A stretch of 62,209 nucleotides of DNA, filler included. It is 6 parts of 6 records of this genome, joined end to end, with 100 filler letters (N's around TTAATTAATTAA, not from the genome) between each part and the next. Parts side by side here need not be neighbours in the genome. Positions count along the whole stretch, not along the records: positions 36,625 to 57,099 come from SRR31156797_18905; 5 more parts are not named here. One strand, given 5' to 3'. Made by a program: the position numbers and the translations under genes. Within the stretch, counting starts at the first letter, position 1. Every line of letters starts with the position of its first letter. The notes beneath the pieces are model-generated. The model was not told where the DNA came from. It worked only from the letters and a program-made list of their open reading frames with translations, and did not search any database. Shown here in pieces: positions 41,211 through 52,853 of the stretch.

Positions 41211-42686
41211 ATGCAGTCACAATCGTTGAGCATTGAAAACTACCTACGGTTCGGGGATCTGATCCTGGAGCGATTCGGGATGAATTTGAATTCACGACGC
41301 CGCGAGGCTGTGGAGAACAGCGTAATGTCCGCGGCCGAAACCAACGGTTGTAAAACCTTTACGGAATTCTACAATCTTCTAAGGAAGGCTGATACCAACA
41401 GCGAGCCATGGGACGACCTGATTAGTAAGCTCGTTGTCGGCGAAACCCATTTCTTCCGTCACGAAGCCCAATTTGACGCTCTGCGTGAGCATATCATACC
41501 TGACCTCGTCTCCCGACATTGTAATAACCGTCGCCTGCGCATCTGGAGCGCCGCATGCGCCACCGGCGAGGAACCATACTCCATTGCCATCCTGTTGCGG
41601 AGGCTTATTGCCGACATTGACAACTGGAACGTCCATATTCTGGCCACGGACATTGATAAGCAAGCCCTGCGTATGGCGATTGAAGGCCGCTATCCGGAAT
41701 GGTCTTTCCGGGGGACCGATCCCGGCGTTAGGGACGGCTGCTTCAGCAGGCAGGGCGACCGGTTCGAGATCAGGCCAGAGTTTAAAAGAATGGTCGCTTA
41801 CGCCTATCTCAACCTGGCCGAGGACGTTTATCCGGCCCTCGCCAACAACACTAATGCCCTGGATCTGGTTTTGTGCCGTAATGTGGCCATTTATCAGACA
41901 AAAGCGGTGAGGAGGAAAATTGCCGAACGCTTTTACCGCTGTCTGACGCCGGAAGGCTGGCTCATGATCGGGCCGTCGGAAACCCTCCAGGACCTTAATA
42001 ATGAGTTTGAACGGCGAACTGTTTCCGGGGCTATTGTGTACCGGAAAAGGACCTGTCCCGCGCCTGAACAATCTATGGAAAAGCCTCTTTTCCGCACAGG
42101 AGTATTACCACCCGTTGCCTTGACCCTCGCAGCCGACGCTGATCCCGGTAACTTCAAACCTATCCCAACCGGAGAAAAGACGAGCGGCCGACCGGTCAAA
42201 CCATGCGAGCCCTACGAAGAAGGGATGTCCTTGTTTAGTTATGGGCGCTACGAGGAGGCCGCACACTGTTTTCGGGCCTGCATCGAACTCCAACCGGATT
42301 TTGCCTCGGCCTTTTACCAATTGGCCCGGGTTCATGCCAACATGGGACGCTTTGAAAAGGCGTGCTCGTTGTGTCGGCAAGCCATCGAACTTGATCCTCT
42401 GATGATCGAAGCCCATTACGTCTTGGCCCTCATTCATCAGGAAGAGGGACGTTTGGAGCAGGCCGTCGCTGAATTGAAAAAAGTGCTTTACCTTGACACG
42501 GGCTTTGTTCTGGCTCACGTCAGTCTTGCCAATATTTACTTGCTGCTCGAGAGGCCGGAACTCGTGACTCGCAACCGGACACAAGCCGTCCGGTTGGCGT
42601 CAAAGAAACCGGCAGGCGAGATCCTTCCCGGATCTGACGACTTGACCGCCGGTCGCTTGCTGAACATGGTCAGGTCGATAATGTGA
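41211..42686 (+). CDS. cheR: CheR methyltransferase with C-terminal TPRs (WspC-like)
   Basis: GETHFFR, IWSAACATGEEPYSIA, LATDID, LCRNVAIY; TPR helices. Confidence 0.95.
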   Translation: MQSQSLSIENYLRFGDLILERFGMNLNSRRREAVENSVMSAAETNGCKTFTEFYNLLRKADTNSEPWDDLISKLVVGETHFFRHEAQFDALREHIIPDLVSRHCNNRRLRIWSAACATGEEPYSIAILLRRLIADIDNWNVHILATDIDKQALRMAIEGRYPEWSFRGTDPGVRDGCFSRQGDRFEIRPEFKRMVAYAYLNLAEDVYPALANNTNALDLVLCRNVAIYQTKAVRRKIAERFYRCLTPEGWLMIGPSETLQDLNNEFERRTVSGAIVYRKRTCPAPEQSMEKPLFRTGVLPPVALTLAADADPGNFKPIPTGEKTSGRPVKPCEPYEEGMSLFSYGRYEEAAHCFRACIELQPDFASAFYQLARVHANMGRFEKACSLCRQAIELDPLMIEAHYVLALIHQEEGRLEQAVAELKKVLYLDTGFVLAHVSLANIYLLLERPELVTRNRTQAVRLASKKPAGEILPGSDDLTAGRLLNMVRSIM

Positions 42687-42743
42687 TTTGGGTATTAGAG
42701 AAAATGCCCGTAAATCACAAACGTTGAACAAATGGGGATTATT

Positions 42744-43307
42744 ATGTTTGAGAAATCGATCAGCCCGGAGCAGGAGGAAGTGGATCGCGTTCTCCAGGAG
42801 CGGGCTCGAATCCTTGCCCGTCCTTTGGCCGAAGATATCAGGGGAGATATCTTGCACCTTTTGACCTTCCCTTTAGGCAGCGAGCATTATGGCGTTGATA
42901 TTACCCTGGTGAAGGAGGTGAAACCTCTGGAAAAACAGGTTTGGCGTCCGGTACCCTGCACTCCCGATTTCATTGTTGGCGTAGTCAACATCCGCAGCCG
43001 GATTTACTCGGTCATGGATGTAGCCCGATATATGGGGCAGCCTCTTCGGTCATTGTCCGAAAGCGCACATGTAGTCCTGGTTCGGGGCGGCAATACGGGA
43101 GACGAAGAAGAGATGGAGTTATGCATTTTGGCCGATGACCGGCCGGAGACTGCTCTCATTCCCCTCGTCAAGGTTCAGGCGCCGGCAACGGTCATTTCCG
43201 GACAGAACCAGGAGTATGTCCGAGGGATCGCCGACGGAATGCTGGTAATACTTGACCTGGAGCATTTTCTGTCAAGTCCGGGCATCATCGTCCATGAGGA
43301 CGTTTGA
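42744..43307 (+). CDS. cheW: Second CheW-like protein
   Basis: [11 protein letters not shown] leader; [25 protein letters not shown]. Confidence 0.9.
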   Translation: MFEKSISPEQEEVDRVLQERARILARPLAEDIRGDILHLLTFPLGSEHYGVDITLVKEVKPLEKQVWRPVPCTPDFIVGVVNIRSRIYSVMDVARYMGQPLRSLSESAHVVLVRGGNTGDEEEMELCILADDRPETALIPLVKVQAPATVISGQNQEYVRGIADGMLVILDLEHFLSSPGIIVHEDV

Positions 43308-43344
43308 CGGCAATACTGTTCAAGAAAACATGGCGAGGTCCAAG

Positions 43345-45135
43345 ATGAAATTAAAGCTTCAAGCCAAGTTGCTTTTAGGATTCGCGATTGCCATGGCGTT
43401 TCCACTCATAGCCGCGGTGGTCACATATAACGCCTTGTCCTCGCAGCTTTCCACTTTTGAATGGGTGGAGCACACTCAACAAGTAATCATAAAGGCCAAT
43501 TTGTTGATCAAACTGGCCGTGGATGCTGAAACCGGCGTGCGGGGGTTCGTTATCACCGGCGAACAGCCCTTCCTGGAGCCCTACCTGTCGGGAGCGGCCG
43601 AAATATCCCAGACAATAGATGATCTGAAAAAGAGGGTCTCGGACAATCCGCCGCAGGTGGAGAGGTTAAAGACGGTCCAGTCCCTGCATGACCAGTGGCT
43701 GAACCAGGCGGCAAAACCCGTGATCGAGGCTCGACGGAATGGGATGACGGAGGAATCGATTATTCTTGTTAAGAACGCTACAGGCAAGACCCTCCTGGAT
43801 GAATTGCGCAGGAATGTTGACGAATTTGTCCAAACTGAGGAAACCTTGTTAGCCAAGCGTGAAGCAGCCGCCCAGGAGACCACGGAAACGGCAATGACGA
43901 TCGCCGTAGTCGGTCCCGGTATAGCCATTTTAATGAGCCTTTCCATCGCCTTTTTATTGTCGCGAATGGTAACCAAAGGGATAGCGACCATAGCAACGGC
44001 AGCGGAAAAGGCGGCCGGCGGCGACCTGAGTGAGCGGGCCATTGTCCACAGCCGGGATGAAATTGGCAGCTTGGCCGGCTCGTTCAATGCGATGGCCGAC
44101 AACCTGCAGCGGATTATGCGTGAATTGGAAGAGACCAATGAAAAAATGCAAAACGCCGTGGATGAGTACATGATCTTTTCGGAAAAAATTGGAAGCGGCG
44201 ACCTGACCGCCCGATTGCCTGTCCAGTCCGGCGACACCATCGGCCGTCTGGGCATAGCCCTGAACGGCATGGCCGGAAAACTGACGGAACTGACCAGTGA
44301 GACCCAGAAATCCACAGCCAGCATGAGTACTTCTTCGAATCAGATCCTGGCCTCGATCAGCGAGTTGGCTGCATCAGCCAACGAGCAGACGGCGTCAGTG
44401 AGCGAGATCACCGCCACTTTGGCCGAGACGCGCCAGACGACAGAGCAGACAGCCGAGTTGTCCGGCCAGGTATCTCAGATGACCCAGGACACCATTGCTT
44501 CGGCCGGTCAGGGAATGAAAAACGTCCAGGAAACACTGGAAGGAATGAACGGCATTATGAACCAGGTCGGCATCATTGCCGAAACAATATTGAACCTGAG
44601 CGACCAGACACAGCAGATCGGCGATATTATAACAACGGTTAACGACATTGCCGATCAATCAAATCTTTTGGCGCTGAATGCGGCCATTGAAGCGGCCCGT
44701 GCAGGCGAAGCGGGCAAGGGCTTCGCGGTTGTCGCGGGTGAAGTGGGCAGCCTGGCCGAGCAATCCCGGCAGGCAACAGCCCAGGTGAAGGATATTCTGG
44801 GTGAAATCCGGAAGGCCGCCAATACCGCGGTGATGGTTACGGAGGAAGGCGCCAAACGGGCTGAATCGGGAGTTGAAATCACAGGGCGGACCGGTGAAGC
44901 TTTCGGCACGATTAACGAAAAGGTTCAGTCTGTCGCCACGGCGGCCCAGCAGATCGCTGCCAGCGCCAGAGAGCAACAGTCCGGCATGGACCAGATCGTA
45001 AGGGCCATGGATGGTATAAACCAGGCAGCGGCCCAAGTCGATATCGGGTCCGGTCAGGTGGAGAAAGCGGCGCACAGTCTCAATGCCCTGGCTGAACAAC
45101 TTAACCGGATCATTATGCAATACAAGTTATTGTGA
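43345..45135 (+). CDS. Methyl-accepting chemotaxis protein (CHASE3-HAMP-HAMP-MA)
   Basis: [31 protein letters not shown]3; [33 protein letters not shown]. Confidence 0.95.
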   Translation: MKLKLQAKLLLGFAIAMAFPLIAAVVTYNALSSQLSTFEWVEHTQQVIIKANLLIKLAVDAETGVRGFVITGEQPFLEPYLSGAAEISQTIDDLKKRVSDNPPQVERLKTVQSLHDQWLNQAAKPVIEARRNGMTEESIILVKNATGKTLLDELRRNVDEFVQTEETLLAKREAAAQETTETAMTIAVVGPGIAILMSLSIAFLLSRMVTKGIATIATAAEKAAGGDLSERAIVHSRDEIGSLAGSFNAMADNLQRIMRELEETNEKMQNAVDEYMIFSEKIGSGDLTARLPVQSGDTIGRLGIALNGMAGKLTELTSETQKSTASMSTSSNQILASISELAASANEQTASVSEITATLAETRQTTEQTAELSGQVSQMTQDTIASAGQGMKNVQETLEGMNGIMNQVGIIAETILNLSDQTQQIGDIITTVNDIADQSNLLALNAAIEAARAGEAGKGFAVVAGEVGSLAEQSRQATAQVKDILGEIRKAANTAVMVTEEGAKRAESGVEITGRTGEAFGTINEKVQSVATAAQQIAASAREQQSGMDQIVRAMDGINQAAAQVDIGSGQVEKAAHSLNALAEQLNRIIMQYKLL

Positions 45136-45247
45136 AGGATATGGCGGGAAGAACCTGTGCGTCTAAAGGCCGCTTCGGTCATAAAGTTTGAACGGGACGG
45201 CCTGAATAACCCCGCCTAAATAGGGAAGTAAATAAAGCGGGCGAAAG

Positions 45248-46225
45248 ATGAAAGCAATAAAAAGAAGAGATTTTTTAAAATACTCTGTTTGTGCCGGCGG
45301 ACTCATTCTATCTTCTCAGATAGTTGGCGGCAGGAATGCTTTTGCCGGCGGAGGCAAGAAATTTACACTTAACGTGGGTTATCTTCCCATCTCCGACCAC
45401 TTGATTCTACCGGTATCTCATGCTTTGGATAACGACGCTTACAGGCATGTCAATGTTAGACCTTACTTATGTAAATCCTGGGACGAGATATTAGGAAAAG
45501 TTGATATGGGAATACTCCATGCCGCCTTTATGCTGGCTCCGCTGGCCATGCATAAGATGATCGGCGGTTCTCCTTTGAGGTGCGTATTATTAGGCCACAC
45601 AAACGGCAGTGTTATTGCCTCCAGGAAAGAGATTTCGGATTATAAGGGCCTTATGGGAAAAACCATTGGCATTCCTCATTCCAAATCAACCCACATGGTG
45701 CTTTTGTACAAGTATCTGAAAAGCAAAGGGGTAGAACCGGAAAAAATAAATGATATCAAATATATAAAAATACCGCCGCCCCTTACGGTGAAAAATATAA
45801 AAGCAAGAAGAATAGATGCTTACTCTGTTGCGGAACCTTGGGGCATCAGGGGAGTGAATGAGGGTGTTGCCCATATTCTTGAATTTTCAAAAAATATAGT
45901 TCCTGATCACGCGTGTTGCCTGGTGATGGTTAGAAAGCCGGTTATTGAAAAACAACCAGACGCCGTATCGGAATGGGTAAAGAGCCTTCAACATGCAGGG
46001 TGGGCCATCCATACTGATCCTGATCGGGCGGGCTTGCTTCAAAAACCTTATATGAAACACATACCAAATGAGATCTCCCAGGTTGTCAAGGATGACATGA
46101 TTTCCTACAGCAATTTAACTCCGGACTTAATGAATCTAAGTGCGATACATGATTTGGCATTGGAATGCAATGTCCTATCTGAGAAATGCAATCTTGATGA
46201 GTTCATAGATAATCGTTTCGCATAG
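45248..46225 (+). CDS. Tat-exported NrtA/CmpA-like substrate-binding protein
   Basis: KRRDFLK twin-arginine signal; GYLPISDHL, AFMLAPLA, GHTNGS, IGIP..STH, VAEPWG, HACC. Confidence 0.85.
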   Translation: MKAIKRRDFLKYSVCAGGLILSSQIVGGRNAFAGGGKKFTLNVGYLPISDHLILPVSHALDNDAYRHVNVRPYLCKSWDEILGKVDMGILHAAFMLAPLAMHKMIGGSPLRCVLLGHTNGSVIASRKEISDYKGLMGKTIGIPHSKSTHMVLLYKYLKSKGVEPEKINDIKYIKIPPPLTVKNIKARRIDAYSVAEPWGIRGVNEGVAHILEFSKNIVPDHACCLVMVRKPVIEKQPDAVSEWVKSLQHAGWAIHTDPDRAGLLQKPYMKHIPNEISQVVKDDMISYSNLTPDLMNLSAIHDLALECNVLSEKCNLDEFIDNRFA

Positions 46226-46276
46226 GTCGCGATTATTAACGCAAGTGGATTTTGGGTGCGGAAAGGAGATTACATA

Positions 46277-48916
46277 ATGGATAATCCGGTTGTAATAGAC
46301 TCTGTGCCGGAACAAGGAACTTCCATTATTCAATCAAGAACCGGAGGAGGGTTTTTCAGAACTCTTCTTTTGTGGTTCCTGGCCATATCGCTCTTACCTC
46401 TTATCATAACTAGTTTTGTGAGCTATCAACACACTTTTAAAACTCTCCGTCAAGGCGCCAGGACCGAGCTCAAGATAGCGGCGGATAGCAAAGGGAAAGC
46501 GATTCAACAATTTTTCAAGGAAACTTTATCCATCCTTATTATAGAGGCTCGTCGAAAGAGCACTATTTCCATGGCCAAAGATTTCAGGCTTTCTTATGAG
46601 GCCATGGGAGTAGAACTCTCTGTATTTGTGAAAAGCCCTGAATGGGCTTCATTAGCTGAACAATACGGGCAAGAAGTCGAATTCTTTGTTACTTCCTTCA
46701 GGCACGATGATTTTTACATGATCGACTTCGAGGGAAATCTTCTTTATACGGAGAAACAGGAGTCTGACCTTGGCACAAACTTATTTACCGGAAAATATTC
46801 TAATACTCTGTTTGGCAAGGCTTGTCGGAAGGCTTTTGAAGAAGGCATGCCCGTTTTTTCGGATTTTGAGAGGTATGGGCCGTCAAATAATGCGCCGGCC
46901 GCCTTTTTAATCACCTTGATTTTTGATGAAAACGGAGAAAAGATCGGATTGGCGGCCTTACAGGTCGGTAGTAGGGTAATAGACAGGATCATGCAGGCGG
47001 AAACAGGGCTGGGGCAAGGAGGGGAGGCCAACCTTGTCGGCCGGGACCTCAGGATGAGATCAAATTCCAGATTGGAAGATAAACCTACTATTTTGGGCGC
47101 GCCAGTGGAGACAAAACTGACGCTGATGTGGTTGAAGGAGCATATTGAGAGTGAATCACCCCTTATTAAAAAGGAGGATGATGTCCACGTATATACAGGG
47201 CGAAAGGGAGTCAAGGTGCTCGGGTTATACCAACCTGTTGAGATTGCCGGTGAACGGATGGCCGTAATTACCGAGATTCCCGAATCAGAGGCTTTAAGGG
47301 CTGCAACAGAGCAAAGAAATACAGCCCTGCTCTTGTTGGTTCTGACCGCAATGTTTGTAGCTGTCCTGGCATTCATTGTTGCCAGGCGTATTACACGGCC
47401 GGTCAAAGGGCTTGCGGATTGGGCCGGGCGCATTACCGCCGGAGATCTATCCATTGTGGAGATCGGGGCGCCTGCCAATGAGATCGGCGTCCTGGCCGAT
47501 GCTTTCAAGAACATGATTTACAAGCTCAAACAAGCTTTTGAAGACGCACAGCAAAAGGTGGATTACCTGAACAATTTGCCGACGCCGGTATTTACCATTG
47601 ACATTGATTTCAATATTCAATTCATCAACGAGTTCGGGGCTAAAATCACGGGGACAACGTCCGAAGAGGCCAAAGGGCAAAAATGCTACAGACTTTTTAA
47701 ATCCGAACACTGCCAGACGCCCGAATGCCGCGCCGGTCTGGCGATCGAACAGGATGAAACATTCACCGGTCAGACCGTTTGCCATGGAGCCGGGGGGCTG
47801 CCGATCCAGTACACCAGTGCTCCGCTCAGAGACGCCGCTGGAACCATCATCTGTGCATTACAATACATAACCGACATCAGCGATCTTAAAAGCGCGGAGC
47901 AGTCTTTGATCAAAACAACCGAGGCCCTGAAGACCGCGGTGTCGGATTACATGAACTTTGCGGAAAAAGTGGGGAGCGGTGATCTCAGCGCCCGATTGAA
48001 CGCTGAATCCGAGGATGCTATCGGCCGCCTGGGCAGAGCCCTGGACGAAATGGTCGAAAAATTATCGGAACTGGTAGGCCAGGCCCAGACGGCCACGGGT
48101 AATATTGCCGCGTCCGTCAGTCAGATCATGGCTGCGGCAAATGAACAGACGGCTGTGGTTAATGAACAGATGGCGGTTGTGGCTGAAACCGTAAGCACCG
48201 TGGACGAATCTCGACAGACGGCTCACCAGGCGGCTGAAAGGGCCGCTCAGGTGTCGGAGGCGGCCCAGGAGTCATTAAATGCGGCAGAGCCGGGCTTGAA
48301 AGCTGTTCAAAGAACCCTGGAGGGTGTGAGCCGCATCAAGGAGCAGGTGGGCAATATCGCCGAGACTATCCTGTCTCTCAGCGATCAGACCCAACAGATT
48401 GGGGAGATCATCACTACGGTCAACGATATTGCCGATCAGTCCAACCTGTTGGCCTTGAATGCTTCAATTGAAGCGGCCCGGGCCGGTGAAGCGGGCAAAG
48501 GCTTTGCTGTTGTAGCCGGGGAGGTCAGTAATCTGGCCGAACAATCGCGCCAGGCCACGGCCCAGGTGCGCGAGATTCTGGGGGAGATTCAGAAGGCGGC
48601 CAACGCCGCGGTCATGGTCACCGAGGAAGGCGCCAAACGTGCCGAGGCCGGTCTGGCCCAGGCCCAGAAAACCGGGGATGCCATCAGGACCATGAACGAA
48701 AACATCACGCGCGTGGCCGAGACGGCCCAGCAGATTGCGGTCAGTTCCAGGGAGCAACTGGCGGGAATGGATCAGATCGGCTCAGCCATGGACAACATCA
48801 ACCAGGCCTCCGCCCAGACCGAGGCCGGGACCAAGCAGGTCGAGGCGGCAGCCCAGAGTCTCAACTCGCTGTCCTCCCTTCTTTCCGGGACATTGGAGCA
48901 ATACAAGCTGATTTGA
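46277..48916 (+). CDS. Methyl-accepting chemotaxis protein (dCache-HAMP-PAS-HAMP-MA)
   Basis: Two TMs flanking a Cache-like region ([21 protein letters not shown]); [17 protein letters not shown] signature. Confidence 0.93.
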   Translation: MDNPVVIDSVPEQGTSIIQSRTGGGFFRTLLLWFLAISLLPLIITSFVSYQHTFKTLRQGARTELKIAADSKGKAIQQFFKETLSILIIEARRKSTISMAKDFRLSYEAMGVELSVFVKSPEWASLAEQYGQEVEFFVTSFRHDDFYMIDFEGNLLYTEKQESDLGTNLFTGKYSNTLFGKACRKAFEEGMPVFSDFERYGPSNNAPAAFLITLIFDENGEKIGLAALQVGSRVIDRIMQAETGLGQGGEANLVGRDLRMRSNSRLEDKPTILGAPVETKLTLMWLKEHIESESPLIKKEDDVHVYTGRKGVKVLGLYQPVEIAGERMAVITEIPESEALRAATEQRNTALLLLVLTAMFVAVLAFIVARRITRPVKGLADWAGRITAGDLSIVEIGAPANEIGVLADAFKNMIYKLKQAFEDAQQKVDYLNNLPTPVFTIDIDFNIQFINEFGAKITGTTSEEAKGQKCYRLFKSEHCQTPECRAGLAIEQDETFTGQTVCHGAGGLPIQYTSAPLRDAAGTIICALQYITDISDLKSAEQSLIKTTEALKTAVSDYMNFAEKVGSGDLSARLNAESEDAIGRLGRALDEMVEKLSELVGQAQTATGNIAASVSQIMAAANEQTAVVNEQMAVVAETVSTVDESRQTAHQAAERAAQVSEAAQESLNAAEPGLKAVQRTLEGVSRIKEQVGNIAETILSLSDQTQQIGEIITTVNDIADQSNLLALNASIEAARAGEAGKGFAVVAGEVSNLAEQSRQATAQVREILGEIQKAANAAVMVTEEGAKRAEAGLAQAQKTGDAIRTMNENITRVAETAQQIAVSSREQLAGMDQIGSAMDNINQASAQTEAGTKQVEAAAQSLNSLSSLLSGTLEQYKLI

Positions 48917-48978
48917 TTGCGGGCGGCCATAGGAATTCCAAAAGCCGAAATATTATTACAAATGGAGCGCGTCCAGCC

Positions 48979-51243
48979 ATGGACAGACAAGACGATATTA
49001 AGAGGCGGTTAATGGCCACCTTCCAGGCCGAGCTGGAGGATCATCTGGGCGCTCTAAACAAAGGTTTATTGGCGCTGGAAGGAGAGGATCTTTCCGGTGA
49101 GGAGCGGGAAAGATTTCTGGCAGACCTTTTCCGGGCCGCCCATAGCGTCAAGGGCGCTGCCCGAGCAGTGGGATTACGGGAAATCGAAACCATTGCCCAC
49201 CGTATGGAAGATCTCCTGGGGGAGGTTCAGCGCGGAAAGCTGACTATCAGTCCGATGCTTTTCGATCTGCTTTTTCCGGCCGTGGACGCCCTACGTGAGG
49301 CCATGGTCGCCAACCTCCGAGGCGAAAGTCTACCGGCGGAACAACGCGGCCGTATCATGGCCGGGCTGGAAGCAGCATTGCGAGATGAAGCATCATCCCC
49401 GGTCCCGCCCCCGGAATTGAAACCCGAACTCGTTTCTCCTTCCCCGGAATCTAACCTGAGCCAGGACGCGACGCCGCTTCCTATAACAGCGGAAGAAACC
49501 ATCCGCGTGGCCACGTCCAAGCTGGATAAGTTGATGGACTGCACGGGTGAACTTCTCGTGGCCCGCATGCGATCAGATCAACGTTTGGCCGAACTGCAAG
49601 CTTTTCGGAACCGGCTTATTCGCTGGGAAAAGAGTTGGCGACAGGCCCGCGGGCGCTTTTCTCACTTCAAAAGGCAGAAGAACGGAATAGCCGATACATC
49701 CCTTCTGCTCGACTTTCTGTTAGAGAGCGAAGAACAGCTAGTGACTTTGAATTCTAAACTTAACAGCTTGTTGAGCAACTTCACAAGCGACCATCGCTTT
49801 TTTAGACTTCTGACTGATGATTTACAGGATGGCGTCCGACGGGTGCGGATGGTGCCTATTTCCACCCTCTTCGATCCTTTGCCCCGTATGATACGCGACC
49901 TGGCCCGCGAGCAGGGTAAGGAGATAGTATTGGAGGTGGAAGGCGGGGAGACCGAATTGGACCGCCAGGTTCTGGAAGCGATGAAGGATCCGGTAATACA
50001 TCTTTTGCGGAACATGGTGGATCATGGAATCGAGTCGCCTGAGCAGAGAGAGGCGGCAGGTAAGGCCAGGCTGGGGACAGTTCGTCTTCGGGCCGCCCAG
50101 GCGGGCGCCTCCGTTGTACTCGAGGCGGCTGACGATGGGGCCGGGATCGATCTGGAAGCCGTACGACGCGCGGCCGTGGAGCGGGAGATGCTGACTGCGC
50201 GTGAAGCAGCAGGTCTTGGCGATCGAGAGACTATGGAATTCATCTTCCGTTCCGGCCTGTCCACATCGACCCGGGTTACGGAGCTTTCCGGCCGGGGGGT
50301 CGGTTTGGACGTAGTTCGGGAGAACCTGGAACAATTACACGGCCTTATAGAAGTGGAAACGAGCAGGGGCCAGGGCGCCGCATTCACCCTGACCTTGCCT
50401 TTGACCCTGGCTTCCATCCACGTGCTTTTAGTCGAAGCCGCCGGTCAGATGGTAGCCATACCCACTACGACCTTGGAGCGCATTTCTCGCGTGGACCCGA
50501 CAGCGGTAAGCAGCATCCAGGGCCGACCGGCTATTCAGGCCGATGGGAGGCCGCTGCCCCTTGTTTCCCTGGCTCGGATGCTGGATCTGCCTCATGATCA
50601 AAAACTGCTGGAGGCCGGCCGGAAAGCGCCCGTTATTGTAATGGGTGCGGCCGAGAAGCGTGTGGCCTTCCTTGTGGACTCACTCCACGGGACCCGGGAG
50701 GTGGTCATCAAAAATTTGGGACGCCAGTTGAGACGTGTGCGCAACGTGGCCGGCGCCGCCATATTGGGGACCGGTCAGGTGGTAATAATACTCAATGTGG
50801 TTGACTTGATGAACACCGCACTGGCGGGCGGCCCGCCAATAACCGCCAGGAGCTCCTTGGAGGCGGGTGAGGTTGTTCGCCGCCGTGTACTCGTAGTGGA
50901 TGATTCCATCACAACGCGCACTCTTGAGAAAAACATCATTGAAAACGCCGGGTATGAAGTCCTGGTCGCCGCCGACGGTCTGGAGGCATGGGCTCTTATC
51001 CAGTGTGAACGTCTGGATGTGATCGTTTCCGACATTGCCATGCCCCGCATGGACGGTTTCACGCTTACGGAAAAGGTCAAAGACGATGGTCGTTTCAATG
51101 ATATTCCAGTGGTTCTGGTCACGTCCCTTGACTCGCCGAGGGACAGGATCAGAGGTATGGAAGCGGGAGCTGATGCATACATTACCAAGGGCGCCTTTGA
51201 TCAGCAGGAATTACTCGAAACGATTGAACGCCTGATTGGATAA
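48979..51243 (+). CDS. cheA: Hybrid CheA kinase with C-terminal receiver (WspE-like)
   Basis: Hpt FRAAHSVKG; HLLRNMVDHG, DDGAG, SGRGVGLD; CheW domain; REC VVDDSITTR..SDIAMP. Confidence 0.96.
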   Translation: MDRQDDIKRRLMATFQAELEDHLGALNKGLLALEGEDLSGEERERFLADLFRAAHSVKGAARAVGLREIETIAHRMEDLLGEVQRGKLTISPMLFDLLFPAVDALREAMVANLRGESLPAEQRGRIMAGLEAALRDEASSPVPPPELKPELVSPSPESNLSQDATPLPITAEETIRVATSKLDKLMDCTGELLVARMRSDQRLAELQAFRNRLIRWEKSWRQARGRFSHFKRQKNGIADTSLLLDFLLESEEQLVTLNSKLNSLLSNFTSDHRFFRLLTDDLQDGVRRVRMVPISTLFDPLPRMIRDLAREQGKEIVLEVEGGETELDRQVLEAMKDPVIHLLRNMVDHGIESPEQREAAGKARLGTVRLRAAQAGASVVLEAADDGAGIDLEAVRRAAVEREMLTAREAAGLGDRETMEFIFRSGLSTSTRVTELSGRGVGLDVVRENLEQLHGLIEVETSRGQGAAFTLTLPLTLASIHVLLVEAAGQMVAIPTTTLERISRVDPTAVSSIQGRPAIQADGRPLPLVSLARMLDLPHDQKLLEAGRKAPVIVMGAAEKRVAFLVDSLHGTREVVIKNLGRQLRRVRNVAGAAILGTGQVVIILNVVDLMNTALAGGPPITARSSLEAGEVVRRRVLVVDDSITTRTLEKNIIENAGYEVLVAADGLEAWALIQCERLDVIVSDIAMPRMDGFTLTEKVKDDGRFNDIPVVLVTSLDSPRDRIRGMEAGADAYITKGAFDQQELLETIERLIG

Positions 51244-51247
51244 AGCC

Positions 51248-52315
51248 ATGATAAGTATCCTGATTGTTGACGATTCACCTACAATGCGCCAGTTGCTCCG
51301 GGCCATTCTCGAGAGTGATCCGGTGTTGCGGGTGGTAGGCGAGGCCGAGGACGGCGTAACGGCCATCTCCCTGTGTGAAAAGCTGCAGCCGGACCTCATT
51401 ACCATGGACATACGCATGCCAAGGATGAACGGCTTCCAGGCCATACGCCATATCATGTCTGAGTCGCCGCGACCCATTGTTGTGCTTACCAGCCCTGAAT
51501 CCGACAGGGAACTCAAGATTACGTTCAAGGCTATTGAAGCCGGGGCGTTGATGGTTTTGGGCAAGCCCGACGGCTTGCCGTATACTGATTCGGAGGCGAC
51601 TCAATTCATCGCACAAGTGAAGGCCATGGCCGGAGTTAAGGTGGTCCGTCGACGTTGGGGGCCGACAATTGAGAGACCGGTCCCGGCTCCAAGCCGACCG
51701 CAAACGTCCGCGCCCCGCGACCGGGGGCAAATCATAGCTATTGGCGCTTCCACGGGCGGTCCGCCGGCCATACAGGCTATCCTCAAGAATCTCCCTTCCG
51801 ATCTGCCGGCTCCGGTAATAGTTGTGCAGCATATCAGCATCGGTTTCATGGTCAGTTTTGCCAGATGGCTGGATCAGACCACGCCGTGGACGGTCAAGTT
51901 AGCCCAAAATGGTGAACTTTTAAGGCCGGGAGTCGTTTATCTGGCTCCGGATGATCATCACTTACTCATTGGAAGATATAACCTGTGCTTGCTAAGCAAA
52001 TCACCGCCAGTGGATGGGCATCGACCATCAGTAACGGTTCTTTTTGAATCTGCGGCTCAAAACCACGGCCCGGCGGCGATCGGTGTGCTGCTCACAGGCA
52101 TGGGAGCTGATGGAGCACAGGGCCTAAGGTCGCTCCATAAAGCCGGCGGCCGCACTATTGTCCAGGACGAGTCCACCTGTGTCGTTTTCGGCATGCCCAA
52201 GGAAGCCGTCGCCTTGGGGGCGGTTGACGAAATTTTGCCTTTGGACCGGATTGGCTCCAGGCTTGGCGAGTTGTTGAAATGGCGGGTGACGATGCTGAAT
52301 AAGCAATGCCAATGA
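51248..52315 (+). CDS. cheB: Chemotaxis methylesterase (REC-CheB)
   Basis: GASTGGP, VQHI, HRPSV, LTGMGADG catalytic motifs. Confidence 0.96.
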   Translation: MISILIVDDSPTMRQLLRAILESDPVLRVVGEAEDGVTAISLCEKLQPDLITMDIRMPRMNGFQAIRHIMSESPRPIVVLTSPESDRELKITFKAIEAGALMVLGKPDGLPYTDSEATQFIAQVKAMAGVKVVRRRWGPTIERPVPAPSRPQTSAPRDRGQIIAIGASTGGPPAIQAILKNLPSDLPAPVIVVQHISIGFMVSFARWLDQTTPWTVKLAQNGELLRPGVVYLAPDDHHLLIGRYNLCLLSKSPPVDGHRPSVTVLFESAAQNHGPAAIGVLLTGMGADGAQGLRSLHKAGGRTIVQDESTCVVFGMPKEAVALGAVDEILPLDRIGSRLGELLKWRVTMLNKQCQ

Positions 52316-52379
52316 CACGGAAGACAACGCCGCTCTTCTCCCCGGCCATGATCATAATACCCTTTGACAGGAGGTATAT

Positions 52380-52796
52380 ATGATTAAGGTATTGATTGTC
52401 GAAGACTCGCCGACAGTGCGAGACATGCTCGCGTATATTTTGGAGAGAGATCCGGAAATCGAAGTGGTGGGACGGGCCATGGACGGGCGCCGGGGAGTGG
52501 AGATGGCCGAAAGGCTGCACCCCGACCTGATCACCATGGACGTGGTCATGCCCGACATGGACGGGCTCGAAGCCACCCGTCGGATAATGTCCCGCAGCCC
52601 GACCCCCATTCTTATCGTCACTGCTCATGCCGACTCTCCCGAGTTGAATGTGATTTTCGAAGCCATGAAAGCGGGCGCCCTGGACGTGGTGGCAAAACCG
52701 ACAGGTTTTGGCGAGGCCAGGGAAGAGGACTGGGGGCGGGACCTGGTGTCCAAGGTCAAGAGCCTGGCCGGAGTGCAACCGCATCCCGTGGTTTAA
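52380..52796 (+). CDS. Stand-alone receiver domain closely resembling the CheB receiver
   Basis: AGGAGG RBS; VEDSPT, DLITMD, PILIVT, GALDVVAKP. Confidence 0.88.
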   Translation: MIKVLIVEDSPTVRDMLAYILERDPEIEVVGRAMDGRRGVEMAERLHPDLITMDVVMPDMDGLEATRRIMSRSPTPILIVTAHADSPELNVIFEAMKAGALDVVAKPTGFGEAREEDWGRDLVSKVKSLAGVQPHPVV

Positions 52797-52853
52797 CACG
52801 CCCGAAAATAACAGGCTTGGCTTCAGGCCCGGCAGACAAACTTGGAGACTGCA

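Noticed and set aside
41379..47514. Long antisense ORFs (41379-42071, 43581-44324, 46744-47514 and similar)
   Set aside because: Shadow frames of well-supported genes, with no motifs or RBS
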